This document shows, one piece after another, positions 10,263 to 19,553 of a DNA stretch of 32,000 bases. This DNA comes from Oscillatoriaceae cyanobacterium M7585_C2015_266 (lineage in GTDB: Bacteria > Cyanobacteriota > Cyanobacteriia > Cyanobacteriales > Oscillatoriaceae). Made by a program: the position numbers and the translations under genes. The notes under the pieces were generated by a model. It was given only the letters and a program-made list of their open reading frames with translations, did not search any database and was not told the origin of the DNA. The stretch is taken from assembly GCA_015295835.1 (NCBI GenBank), contig DVEG01000020.1, forward strand, positions 299,709-331,708. The letters are read 5' to 3'. Within the stretch, counting starts at the first letter, position 1. Every line of letters begins with the position of its first letter.

Positions 10263-11048
10263 TTAATATACTTTCTCAGAAAAAAACATTACTTGCCCGC
10301 CATAAGCGTTGTAGAGATTTTCTCGCGTTAGCACCTGCTGGCGCTTCCCAGTAGCGATAACTTCTTTATTCAGTAAAATTAAGTCGTCAAAGTAAGTAAT
10401 AGATTCTCCTAAATCGTGGTTGACAACAAGTACGATTTTGTCATCTGCCGCTAATTCGCGAAAAATTTTAAAAATGACATCTTGTGTTTTTTGATCGATA
10501 CCGACAAAAGGCTCATCAAAGCAAAAAATATCAGCTTCCTGCGCTAAAGCTCTAGCTAGAAACACCCGCTGTTGTTGCCCGCCAGAAAGTTCGCCAATAC
10601 GGCGAGCGCAATAGTCAAGCATCCCCACACGCTCCAATGCAGCAGCGGCAATTCGGCGACTCGTTGCAGAAAAACGCCGAAACCAGCCGGTTTTTCTCAC
10701 CCGCCCCATCATCACTACATCCCAAACCGTAGCGGGAAAACTCCAGTCAATTTGCGATCGCTGTGGAATATAAGCCACCCGCTGCAACTGGTTGTAAAGC
10801 GGCTGCCCAGCGTACAAAATCAACCCGCCCGTCGTAGGAATCAACCCCAGCATCGCCTTTAATAAAGTACTTTTACCTGCCCCATTAGGTCCAATAATCC
10901 CCGTCAGTCGCCCGCTGTAGATAGCACAACTCACATCTCGCAGTGCCTCTACATTGCGGTATCTCACTCCCAGGTGACTAATATTAATGCTTTGTTCCCC
11001 TTTTCCTGAATGGCAAAGAGCTTGGGGATAGAATAATTTAACCTTCAT
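10263..11048 (-). CDS. mntA: Metal (Mn/Zn) ABC transporter ATP-binding protein
   Basis: Walker A GPNGAGKST, signature LSGGQQQRVFLA, 14 bp upstream of the permease gene on the same strand. Confidence 0.85.
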   Translation of the reverse strand: MKVKLFYPQALCHSGKGEQSINISHLGVRYRNVEALRDVSCAIYSGRLTGIIGPNGAGKSTLLKAMLGLIPTTGGLILYAGQPLYNQLQRVAYIPQRSQIDWSFPATVWDVVMMGRVRKTGWFRRFSATSRRIAAAALERVGMLDYCARRIGELSGGQQQRVFLARALAQEADIFCFDEPFVGIDQKTQDVIFKIFRELAADDKIVLVVNHDLGESITYFDDLILLNKEVIATGKRQQVLTRENLYNAYGGQVMFFSEKVY

Positions 11049-11174
11049 ATTTTCTTTTTCTAGTTGCTTTTTTTACAGCCTACCGCAAAAATGAAAACAA
11101 TATGAAAATTTTTATTAAAAAAAATAATAGTTAATATAAGGAAAAGTGATAGATCACTAACTAAAAAACAGGCA

Positions 11175-12158
11175 GTGATGAATGATCATAAAAATACCTC
11201 TAAAAACGGCAAAACCAGCACAGGGGGATACTTAGCAGTAGCGATCGCCCTTGGGCTGTGGTTGAGTGGGTGTATAACTGCAGCTAATAATCCCCAATCT
11301 CCCGAAAAACCCAAAGTCGTCGTTACCAATACCATTCTCCACAACCTTACTGAGCAGATAGCAAAAGACGAAATAAAACTCACCGGCATTCTCAAACCAG
11401 GAGCCGATCCCCACGTTTATGAACCCCTGCCCTCAGATAGCCTCGCCCTAGAAAAAGCTAACCTAATTTTGTATAATGGCTACAACCTGGAGGCTGGGCT
11501 AATCAAGCTGATAAAAGCAGCCGGCGTCAAAGCCAGGAAAGTAGCGGTAGGAGAAATCGTGCGCCCGCTACAAATGCAAAAAAATAACAAGAAAGTGCCC
11601 GATCCCCACGTTTGGGGCGATGTAAAAAATACCATTAAAATGGTTAAAGTAATCCAAGATGAGCTCTCGGCACTTTCCCCAGAAGATTCAAAGAAATTTA
11701 GCCAGAATGCAGCGCGACTGATAGACGAACTTACTCAATTGCATATATGGATTGGCCAACAAGTGGCCACTATTCCCCCGCATAAGCGTAAGCTGGTGAC
11801 AACTCACGATGCCTTTCAATATTATGCGCGGGCGTATGGATTAGAAGTAGTGGGAACCATTATCGGCATTAGTACCGAGGAGCAACCAAGTGCTCAGACT
11901 GTGCAACAATTGGTAAAGGCAATTCAAGCGACAGGGGTGCCGGCTATTTTTGCAGAAACGACGATAAATCCTGCTCTGATTTCAACAGTGGCGCGGGAAG
12001 CTAAGGTGAAGTTGGCGCCGCAACAACTCTATTCTGATTCGATTGGTGCGCCCAAGAGTGTGGCAGATTCTTATATTAAAATGATGGTGGCTAATACGCG
12101 CGCTATTGTAGAAGCGTTGGGCGGAAAGTATACTCCATTTGAGCTGAATAACTTGTAG
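11175..12158 (+). CDS. mntC: Metal ABC transporter substrate-binding protein, MntC-like
   Basis: Lipobox-like LSGC, candidate ligands H (DPHVYEP), H (DPHVWGD), E (IFAETTINP), D (YSDSIG), and no His-rich loop. The H-H-E-D set favours Mn-type over ZnuA. GTG start at 11175 or ATG at 11178. Confidence 0.75.
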   Translation: MMNDHKNTSKNGKTSTGGYLAVAIALGLWLSGCITAANNPQSPEKPKVVVTNTILHNLTEQIAKDEIKLTGILKPGADPHVYEPLPSDSLALEKANLILYNGYNLEAGLIKLIKAAGVKARKVAVGEIVRPLQMQKNNKKVPDPHVWGDVKNTIKMVKVIQDELSALSPEDSKKFSQNAARLIDELTQLHIWIGQQVATIPPHKRKLVTTHDAFQYYARAYGLEVVGTIIGISTEEQPSAQTVQQLVKAIQATGVPAIFAETTINPALISTVAREAKVKLAPQQLYSDSIGAPKSVADSYIKMMVANTRAIVEALGGKYTPFELNNL

Positions 12159-12187
12159 CGAGCGCCCTTCTTTAAAATTCCCCAGCC

Positions 12188-13522
12188 ATGAACGAAAAAA
12201 AACGACCTATCGGCGTAGATTTATTCGCAGGTGCTGGCGGCATGACTCTCGGCTTTGAACAAGCCGGTTTTGATGTCCTCGCTGCAGTAGAAATTGACCC
12301 CATCCACTGCGCAACCCACGAATATAATTTCCCTTTTTGGTCGATTTTGTGTAAAAATATTGTCGATACTACTGCTGCAGAAATTAGGGAAAAGTCAAAA
12401 ATAGGCGAACGCGATATTGATGTAGTATTTGGTGGCCCTCCTTGTCAAGGCTTTTCTTTAATGGGAAAACGTGCTATTGATGACCCCCGCAACAGCCTCG
12501 TTTTTCATTTCCTGCGCCTTGTTTTAGAACTAAAACCGAAATATTTCGTTATGGAAAATGTCCCGGGAATGACTCTCGGTAATCATAAATATTTTCTTGA
12601 AAAATTGATAAATGAATTTAAAAAAAATGGTTATAAGGTAGAGGAAGATTATCGAATTCTTAATGCTGCTCATTATGGCGTGCCACAGCATCGAGAAAGA
12701 TTATTTCTCCTGGGATGCAGGCAGGATTTACCACTGCCGAAATATCCTCAACCAATAACGAAACCCGCTAAATGCAATGGGGATTATTCTCCTGAGCTGT
12801 CGCTATTGCCAGCAAGCCCAACAGTACAAGATGCGATCGCTGATTTACCAGAAGTCGAAAACTACCCAGATTTGTTTACAAAAGATTGGGTTTTAGATGC
12901 CAAATATAAAAAATATAGCGAGTACAGTTGGCGACTACGTCACCCTCATCTAGTAAAAGACGATTACTCATATCCGCGCAGCTTAGAATCGGGAAAACCC
13001 CTGAATTCATCCTTACTAACTTGCAGTTTATTGACAAAACATTCTCCCACATCAAGAGAAAGATTTGCTGCTACCAAAAGCGGCAAGATTGAGCCAATTA
13101 GTCGCTTTCACAAACTCGATCCCCAAGGAATTTGCAATACCCTTAGAGCAGGAACCGCAAGCAATCGCGGTGCTTTTACCTCCCCTCGCCCAATTCATCC
13201 CTATAAGCCAAGATGCATAACTGTGCGAGAAGCAGCCCGCTTGCATTCCTATCCTGATTGGTTTCGATTTCATAGTACAATATGGCACGGATTTCGGCAA
13301 GTGGGAAATTCTGTACCGCCTCTGTTGGCAAAAGCAGTAGCATCAGAAATTATACGCGCTCTGGGTGTAGAAATAGAGAAGCCAAAAAAAAAGCAATCGC
13401 TGGGAGATAGTAAATTACTCGAAATGACTATGTCACAAGCAGCACAATTTTATCAAGTCGATAATCATGTCATTGAGCAGCGAATAAAAAGCGATCGCCC
13501 AATGAAAAACTATCGATGTTAA
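12188..13522 (+). CDS. DNA (cytosine-5-)-methyltransferase, solitary (no adjacent restriction enzyme seen)
   Basis: m5C MTase motifs: DLFAGAGG (I), GGPPCQGFS (IV), ENVPGM (VI), RERLFLLG (VIII), QVGNSVPP (X). Confidence 0.93.
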   Translation: MNEKKRPIGVDLFAGAGGMTLGFEQAGFDVLAAVEIDPIHCATHEYNFPFWSILCKNIVDTTAAEIREKSKIGERDIDVVFGGPPCQGFSLMGKRAIDDPRNSLVFHFLRLVLELKPKYFVMENVPGMTLGNHKYFLEKLINEFKKNGYKVEEDYRILNAAHYGVPQHRERLFLLGCRQDLPLPKYPQPITKPAKCNGDYSPELSLLPASPTVQDAIADLPEVENYPDLFTKDWVLDAKYKKYSEYSWRLRHPHLVKDDYSYPRSLESGKPLNSSLLTCSLLTKHSPTSRERFAATKSGKIEPISRFHKLDPQGICNTLRAGTASNRGAFTSPRPIHPYKPRCITVREAARLHSYPDWFRFHSTIWHGFRQVGNSVPPLLAKAVASEIIRALGVEIEKPKKKQSLGDSKLLEMTMSQAAQFYQVDNHVIEQRIKSDRPMKNYRC

Positions 13523-13622
13523 ACTAAAAAATAATCGGGGAAAAATAACAAACAAATGACAGAACCGGGTACCATATCCTATAAATTGGCAAAAACATAA
13601 CAGCAAAGCTGGGAAAACACTC

Positions 13623-14903
13623 GTGCTCGATATCAAGCAAATCAGAGAAAATCCACAAGCAATACAAGAGCGCCTAAACCGGCGTGGCAGCAACTACGAT
13701 ATAAAACCGATTTTGGCTCTCGACGAGCAACAGCGGCAACTGGAGAAACAACGCTCCTACCTACAAGCTCGCAGCAACGAAATAGGCAAACTCGTCGGTA
13801 AAAAAATCAAAGCCGGTGCCAAACCCGACGAGCCTGAAATTCTTGCCCTCAAAGAAGAAGGCAACCAAATCAAAATCCAACTGAGCGAACTCGAACCCCA
13901 GGAAAAAAATCTTAAAGCTCAGATAGAAGAATTGCTACTCAACCTCCCTAACCTGCCAAGCGATTCTACCCCTATCGGCAAAGATGAAACAGAAAACGTA
14001 GAAGTACGCCGTTGGGGCGACGAGTATATTCCCCAAAGCAAAAACATCCTCCCCCACTGGGAAATAGGGGAAAAATTAGGTATTCTTAATTTCGAGCGCT
14101 CAGTCAAAATAGCTCAAAGTCGGTTTGTTACCCTAATCGGGGCAGGTGCGGTACTAGAGCGAGCGCTAATTAATTTCATGCTCGACACACAAATCCGCGC
14201 CGGCTATATAGAAATGATGCCGCCGATTTTGATTAACAGCAACTCCCTCACCGGCACAGGGCAGTTACCCAAATTTGCCGAAGAAAGTTTCAAGTGCGCT
14301 GAAGATGACTTATGGCTGGCTCCCACTGCCGAAGTGCCAGTGACAAATTTCTATCGGGATGAAATTCTCGCAGCAGAAGATTTACCTATTTATTACTGTG
14401 CTTATACCCCCTGTTTCCGCCGCGAAGCTGGTAGTTACGGTAAAGATACGCGCGGATTGATCCGCTTGCATCAATTTAATAAAGTCGAATTGGTGAAATT
14501 CGTTCATCCCAGCACCTCCGAACAAGAGCATCAAGCCCTCGTGCGCAACGCTGAAGCTATTTTGCAAGCCCTTAAATTGCCCTATCGCGTTATGGAGCTG
14601 TGTACAGGCGATTTGGGCTTTGCAGCGGCAAAGTGCTACGACTTAGAAGTGTGGCTGCCCTCTGCCGGCAAATATCGCGAGATTTCTAGCTGCTCCAACT
14701 TTGGCGATTTTCAAGCGCGCCGTGCCAATATTCGTTTTAAAGAAGCCGGGAAAAAAGGAACTCAGTTCGTGCATACTCTTAATGGCTCCGGTTTGGCAAT
14801 AGGAAGAACAATGGCAGCAATTCTGGAAAATTATCAGCAACCAGATGGTACGATTCGTATCCCTGAAGTGTTGCAACCTTATTTGGGGCGAGAAGTACTT
14901 TAG
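13623..14903 (+). CDS. serS: Seryl-tRNA synthetase
   Basis: N-terminal coiled-coil tRNA-binding arm, class II motifs ([27 protein letters not shown]; [17 protein letters not shown]). Confidence 0.96.
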   Translation: MLDIKQIRENPQAIQERLNRRGSNYDIKPILALDEQQRQLEKQRSYLQARSNEIGKLVGKKIKAGAKPDEPEILALKEEGNQIKIQLSELEPQEKNLKAQIEELLLNLPNLPSDSTPIGKDETENVEVRRWGDEYIPQSKNILPHWEIGEKLGILNFERSVKIAQSRFVTLIGAGAVLERALINFMLDTQIRAGYIEMMPPILINSNSLTGTGQLPKFAEESFKCAEDDLWLAPTAEVPVTNFYRDEILAAEDLPIYYCAYTPCFRREAGSYGKDTRGLIRLHQFNKVELVKFVHPSTSEQEHQALVRNAEAILQALKLPYRVMELCTGDLGFAAAKCYDLEVWLPSAGKYREISSCSNFGDFQARRANIRFKEAGKKGTQFVHTLNGSGLAIGRTMAAILENYQQPDGTIRIPEVLQPYLGREVL

Positions 14904-14923
14904 CAACTAGGGGCTGGGAACCG

Positions 14924-14949
14924 GGTTTCTTTCCAGAAACCAGGTTTCT
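14924..14949. repeat. Short GGTTTCT/AGAAACC inverted-plus-direct repeat, resembling a dispersed cyanobacterial intergenic repeat
   Basis: GGTTTCT ttcc AGAAACC a GGTTTCT at 14924-14949, immediately after serS. Confidence 0.5.
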
Positions 14950-15115
14950 GCTAGCCATACTTGACAAAAAGCAATTTATGGTGTATGTGGAAATAATTTG
15001 TTTTGGCAGTCAACACTGCAAAGCCAAACAACAAGCTCAGAATACGTCAGAATAAGAAAAGGCTTGATTATATCAAGTCTGAAGAACCTTAGCAGAGTTT
15101 TATTGGAATTATTTC

Positions 15116-16213
15116 ATGTCTGTTTTGGCAGTTTTGCAGGCGATCGCAGTTCTAGCGCTCCTAATTTTAGTGCACGAACTAGGTCACTTCATGGCAGCGC
15201 GACTGCAGGGAATTCACGTCAACCGCTTCTCAATCGGATTTGGACCAATTTTGTGGAAATACCAAGGAGCAGAAACCGAATACGCTATTCGCGGCTTTCC
15301 CCTTGGAGGCTTTGTCGGCTTCCCCGATGACGATCCAGACAGTCAGATACCGCCTAATGATCCAAATTTATTGCGGAATCGCCCTCTATTCGACAGAGCG
15401 ATCGTCATCAGTGCAGGAGTAATCGCAAATTTGGTTTTTGCCTACCTGTTGCTCGTATCTCAAGTGGGCATCGTCGGCATCCCCAGAGCCAACCAACCCG
15501 GAGTCTTGATTCCCGAAATCGTCTCGCAAACCAGTTCGGCAGCATTAAAAGCGGGAATCCAACCAAAAGATGTAATTTTAGCGGTGAACGGTAAAGATGT
15601 AGGGTATGCACCCAACGCCATCATCTATTTAAAAAAAGAAATTGAATCCCATGCCAACCAACCTCTGAATCTAACGGTACAGCGAGGGGAAATCATTCTC
15701 AATATCACCGTTACGCCGCAAACGGGCGAAGACGGCAAAGGCAAAATTGGCGTGGGATTGGCTGCCAACGGCGAAATCGTACGCCAGCGAGTCGGCAATA
15801 TTTTCGCAGCTTTTAAAGAAGCAGCTAAAGAATTTCAGCGCCTCGTTACTCTCACTGTTCAAGGATTCGGGCAGTTGCTCGGTAATTTTAGCAAAACCGC
15901 TGAGCAAGTAGCAGGACCTGTTAAAATTGTCGCCATCGGTGCTAATATCGCTCAATCAGATGCCGCTAGTTTATTTGAATTCGCCGCTCTTATCAGCATC
16001 AACCTCGCTTTGATTAATATATTGCCCTTACCCGCTCTCGATGGCGGGCAGTTGGCTTTCCTGCTCTTAGAAGGGCTGCGCGGCAAACCTTTGCCTACTC
16101 ATATCCAAGATGGCGTCATGCAAACCGGCTTGATGTTAATTCTGGGTTTGGGTATTTTTCTGATTATCCGCGATACTAGCCAACTACCAGCTATTCAGCA
16201 GTTGTTTGAATAG
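15116..16213 (+). CDS. rseP: Site-2 intramembrane metalloprotease RseP
   Basis: HELGH motif (LVHELGHFMAARLQG), PDZ domain, NILPLPALDGGQL motif. Confidence 0.93.
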   Translation: MSVLAVLQAIAVLALLILVHELGHFMAARLQGIHVNRFSIGFGPILWKYQGAETEYAIRGFPLGGFVGFPDDDPDSQIPPNDPNLLRNRPLFDRAIVISAGVIANLVFAYLLLVSQVGIVGIPRANQPGVLIPEIVSQTSSAALKAGIQPKDVILAVNGKDVGYAPNAIIYLKKEIESHANQPLNLTVQRGEIILNITVTPQTGEDGKGKIGVGLAANGEIVRQRVGNIFAAFKEAAKEFQRLVTLTVQGFGQLLGNFSKTAEQVAGPVKIVAIGANIAQSDAASLFEFAALISINLALINILPLPALDGGQLAFLLLEGLRGKPLPTHIQDGVMQTGLMLILGLGIFLIIRDTSQLPAIQQLFE

Positions 16214-16320
16214 TTCAAGTGGCTACTAATAATCAAAGAATTAACTTGATTGTTAGTTATTTTCTATTCCTAATCCGCCCTATGCCAATCCGCCCTATGC
16301 TATAAATTTTATGTCTGCCA

Positions 16321-17004
16321 ATGAATATCACGCGCAAATGGTCTTCTAAAAAACAGCGGGCGTTAGAAATTTTGATTCGCCTGAAGCGTCTTTATCCAAA
16401 TGCCACCTGTACACTCAACTATTCAACGCCTTTACAGTTACTGGTGGCAACTATTTTGTCTGCTCAATGTACTGATGAACGGGTGAATCAGGTGACGCCG
16501 GCTTTATTTAGTCGTTTTCCTGATGCGGCTGCGATCGCAACAGCCGATATTACTGAACTCGAAAACCTCATTCGCCCCACTGGCTTTTATCGCAATAAGG
16601 CTAAAAATATCCAAGGCGCTTGCCGTCAAATCGTAGAAAAATACAAAGGTAAAGTGCCACAGCGGATGGAGCAGCTTCTCGAATTACCAGGAGTTGCAAG
16701 AAAAACAGCTAACGTCGTACTCGCCTACGCTTTTGGCATCAATCAGGGCGTCACTGTCGATACCCATGTTAAGCGTCTTAGCAATCGTCTAGGCTTGACT
16801 AAACATAGCGATCCTATCCGCATCGAACGAGATTTAATCCGACTCTTGCCCCAAGAAGATTGGGAAAATTGCTCAATTCGTCTGATTTATCATGGGCGAG
16901 CAGTCTGTACTGCGAAAAAACCTGCTTGTCACGCTTGTGCCTTGGCTGATTTGTGCCCCTCTGCTACGATTAGCGCTTCTCCAGCGCCAGAATTGATCTC
17001 TTAA
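16321..17004 (+). CDS. nth: Endonuclease III
   Basis: HhH region (LLELPGVARKTANVVL), catalytic D (VTVDTHVKR), Fe-S cysteines (C...C..C.....C). Confidence 0.95.
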   Translation: MNITRKWSSKKQRALEILIRLKRLYPNATCTLNYSTPLQLLVATILSAQCTDERVNQVTPALFSRFPDAAAIATADITELENLIRPTGFYRNKAKNIQGACRQIVEKYKGKVPQRMEQLLELPGVARKTANVVLAYAFGINQGVTVDTHVKRLSNRLGLTKHSDPIRIERDLIRLLPQEDWENCSIRLIYHGRAVCTAKKPACHACALADLCPSATISASPAPELIS

Positions 17005-17139
17005 TCAAATTTGAAGTGAGTTTTGCACGTCAAAAATAATCAAAAATAATTTTTACATTCCCTACTGTACCCTTCCGCCAAAGGAAAAAAATGCGATAGA
17101 ATTTAAAATGCTGTCTTTTTTGGGAGCTGAGAATTATTC

Positions 17140-17442
17140 ATGGCTAAAAAGAGCATGATTGAGCGGGAAAAGAAACGCCGCAGGTTAGTGGAAAAGTACG
17201 CTCAGAAGCGGGAAGAGTTAAAAAAGCAGTTTGCCGCCGCTGAGACTCTTGAAGAAAAAATTGCTATCCACCGCAAAATACAGCAGCTACCCCGCAATAG
17301 CGCTCCCACTCGCCTGCGTAACCGCTGCTGGCTTACAGGGCGCCCTAGAGGCTACTACCGCGACTTTGGCTTGTCTCGCCATGTGATTCGAGAAATGGCT
17401 CACCAAGGGTTGCTCCCCGGTGTGGTTAAGTCTAGCTGGTAG
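17140..17442 (+). CDS. rpsN: 30S ribosomal protein S14
   Basis: 100 aa, [41 protein letters not shown]. Confidence 0.96.
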   Translation: MAKKSMIEREKKRRRLVEKYAQKREELKKQFAAAETLEEKIAIHRKIQQLPRNSAPTRLRNRCWLTGRPRGYYRDFGLSRHVIREMAHQGLLPGVVKSSW

Positions 17443-17471
17443 AAAAAGTCTAGTCGTGTTTTCGTTTATCG

Positions 17472-17828
17472 CTATCTACCACAGCAGCGCTCTATTCCCA
17501 TTTTCTCCATTAGTAAGTCGCTTACTGCATTGGCAACGACAAACTCGCTGTAGAAGCTCTTGGAAAAGTCAAATCCCTGTAGCTCAGTTACGATAGCGAT
17601 AATGATTGCGCCCAAGTCATTCTCGCCTTCCATCCGCTGTCGAAAATAGACTTGGGCTGCATGTCTGGCAATCTGCTCATTTATCGGCTCTGGAATGTAT
17701 TGTTGATTGAGCCATTGGTGGAGGGTGTTTTGCAGCCATTCGCTCTCCTGAAGGAGCTCTTTGGCTGGGGGGAGAATGACGGGGGAAATTGGCTCAGACA
17801 TAACGTTATTATTACAGCAATTTTTCAA
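17472..17828 (-). CDS. Conserved cyanobacterial hypothetical protein
   Basis: 118 aa ORF with a regular coding-like composition; no recognised domain. Confidence 0.6.
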   Translation of the reverse strand: MKNCCNNNVMSEPISPVILPPAKELLQESEWLQNTLHQWLNQQYIPEPINEQIARHAAQVYFRQRMEGENDLGAIIIAIVTELQGFDFSKSFYSEFVVANAVSDLLMEKMGIERCCGR

Positions 17829-17994
17829 AATGTTAAAGGAAGGCGATCGCTCTGAACAGTATCCTTACGATAAGATAATAGATTTTTATAGAATTTGAGG
17901 GTTCCCCCCGCTCGCCTTATGAAAAATTTGTTAAGAATTATAAAATAACGGATAAAATCAGGCAACTAACTGATATAATTGTCAACTAGAAGGA

Positions 17995-18573
17995 ATGAAA
18001 TTTGACATTCCAGCTATAATCCAGGGATACGCCCAAGGCTACTTTCTCATGTCTAATGACGGCGAAGAGAATTTGCAGTGGTATTACAGCCGTCAGCGGG
18101 CGCTGATTCCCCTCGATGAGCGCTTTCGTTACCCGCGCTCCCTAAAACGCTTCCTCAACCAAGAACGTTTTAGCGTCGCCATCAACCGCGACTTTAAAGC
18201 TGTTGTCGAAGGGTGTGCTAACCGAAAAACAACCTGGATTTCCCCAATTTTAAAAGAAATTTACTGGGAATTATACAAAGCTGGATGGGCATATAGTTTT
18301 GAAACCTGGCAAGGAGACGAGCTCGCAGGTGGAATTTTAGGGATAGTAATTGGGGGAGCTTTTATCGGCGAATCAATGTTTTACCGAATTGCCAATGGCT
18401 CAAAAGTAGCGATGGTGAAATTAGTAGAAAGATTGCGAGCGCGTCAATTTGTATTATTCGACGCCCAAATAAACAATCCCCATCTAGAGCGTTTCGGAGC
18501 ATATATTGTCAGCGCCCAAGAGTATCAAAAACTGCTGCAAAAAGCCTTGCAACGCCGCTGTTATTTAGATTGA
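17995..18573 (+). CDS. aat: Leucyl/phenylalanyl-tRNA--protein transferase
   Basis: [25 protein letters not shown]; [29 protein letters not shown]. Confidence 0.93.
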   Translation: MKFDIPAIIQGYAQGYFLMSNDGEENLQWYYSRQRALIPLDERFRYPRSLKRFLNQERFSVAINRDFKAVVEGCANRKTTWISPILKEIYWELYKAGWAYSFETWQGDELAGGILGIVIGGAFIGESMFYRIANGSKVAMVKLVERLRARQFVLFDAQINNPHLERFGAYIVSAQEYQKLLQKALQRRCYLD

Positions 18574-18647
18574 TTTTACTATGTTTATGGTAAAAAATGG
18601 GGCGGAAAATACAGACACGCCCCTACCCTAAAGAGCGAGGGAATTTT

Positions 18648-19502
18648 TCAAATGCTTAATTTGTGTTCGTTGACAAGGGTGAGGCTAATCCATTCGCCTT
18701 TCTCGTTATAGCTGCGAATTAGTCTTTGTCGCCAATCCGGCTTTATCAGCCAACCTACTTCTAAAAAAAACGGTGAATGTAATTTTACTTGTTCGGGAGA
18801 GGTAGCAGAGGCTCCGTCAGGAAGCAACAAAACTTGCATTGGTAAGGCTCCTTGATTAAATCGTAGCACTTTTTCGCTGACTGAACCGATAGATTCAATA
18901 GTTTTTCGTTCTGCACCACAACCAAAAGTTAGCCGCTGCACAACCGAGCCAGAAAGTGTTTCGTGTAATTCCAGATAAGTGCTGTAGTTATCAGGCGCTC
19001 GCCAATCTGGATAAAGAGTCACTGCTTCTCCTTGCCACTTACCCAGCAATTGCTGTAGCGTAAGAGGCGGGCGCTCTGTTGCGTTGGTGCCGGCTCGCAT
19101 TTCTCGAATCAGGGTAAATTGAGATAATTTGCCGCTACTGTTGTAAAGCTGCACCAGTCTCATGCGGCGATTCTCCGCAACAAAACCGAATTCTGCTCCA
19201 AACTCTGAATAGGGAGCTAGTTGCATCGAGCCTTGAGAAAATGCACCATTCTCGAAAAATAAAATATCCCGCGCCAAACAATTATATTCTCGTACCAGTT
19301 CACTAACTTTGCCGTCGCTAGAACCCTCAGCAGAGGAGGAGAAACGACGAAGTGTTAGGCGAACTTTTTGATTGCCCTCCAAGCCTTCCAATAACAAAAG
19401 GCTGGCAGTACTCTCTAATATTTCTCCCTTGGGGGAAATTTGGGTAAATGATCCTTGCCACTCGCCGAGATTTCGCAAAAAGTTGTCCCACTGCGATGCC
19501 AT
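18648..19502 (-). CDS. DUF3598 family protein
   Basis: MASQWDNFLRNLGEWQGSFTQISPKGE... and a repeated LLGKWQGEAVTLYPDW lipocalin-like segment. Confidence 0.75.
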   Translation of the reverse strand: MASQWDNFLRNLGEWQGSFTQISPKGEILESTASLLLLEGLEGNQKVRLTLRRFSSSAEGSSDGKVSELVREYNCLARDILFFENGAFSQGSMQLAPYSEFGAEFGFVAENRRMRLVQLYNSSGKLSQFTLIREMRAGTNATERPPLTLQQLLGKWQGEAVTLYPDWRAPDNYSTYLELHETLSGSVVQRLTFGCGAERKTIESIGSVSEKVLRFNQGALPMQVLLLPDGASATSPEQVKLHSPFFLEVGWLIKPDWRQRLIRSYNEKGEWISLTLVNEHKLSI

Positions 19503-19553
19503 TGTTTTTGTTTTAGGTAGTAGTAGTTTTTATATTTTTTTCGATTGACTGCC

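Noticed and set aside
14998-15330. 110-aa plus-strand ORF overlapping the rseP start
   Set aside because: Overlaps the conserved rseP N-terminus in another frame; non-protein-like composition.
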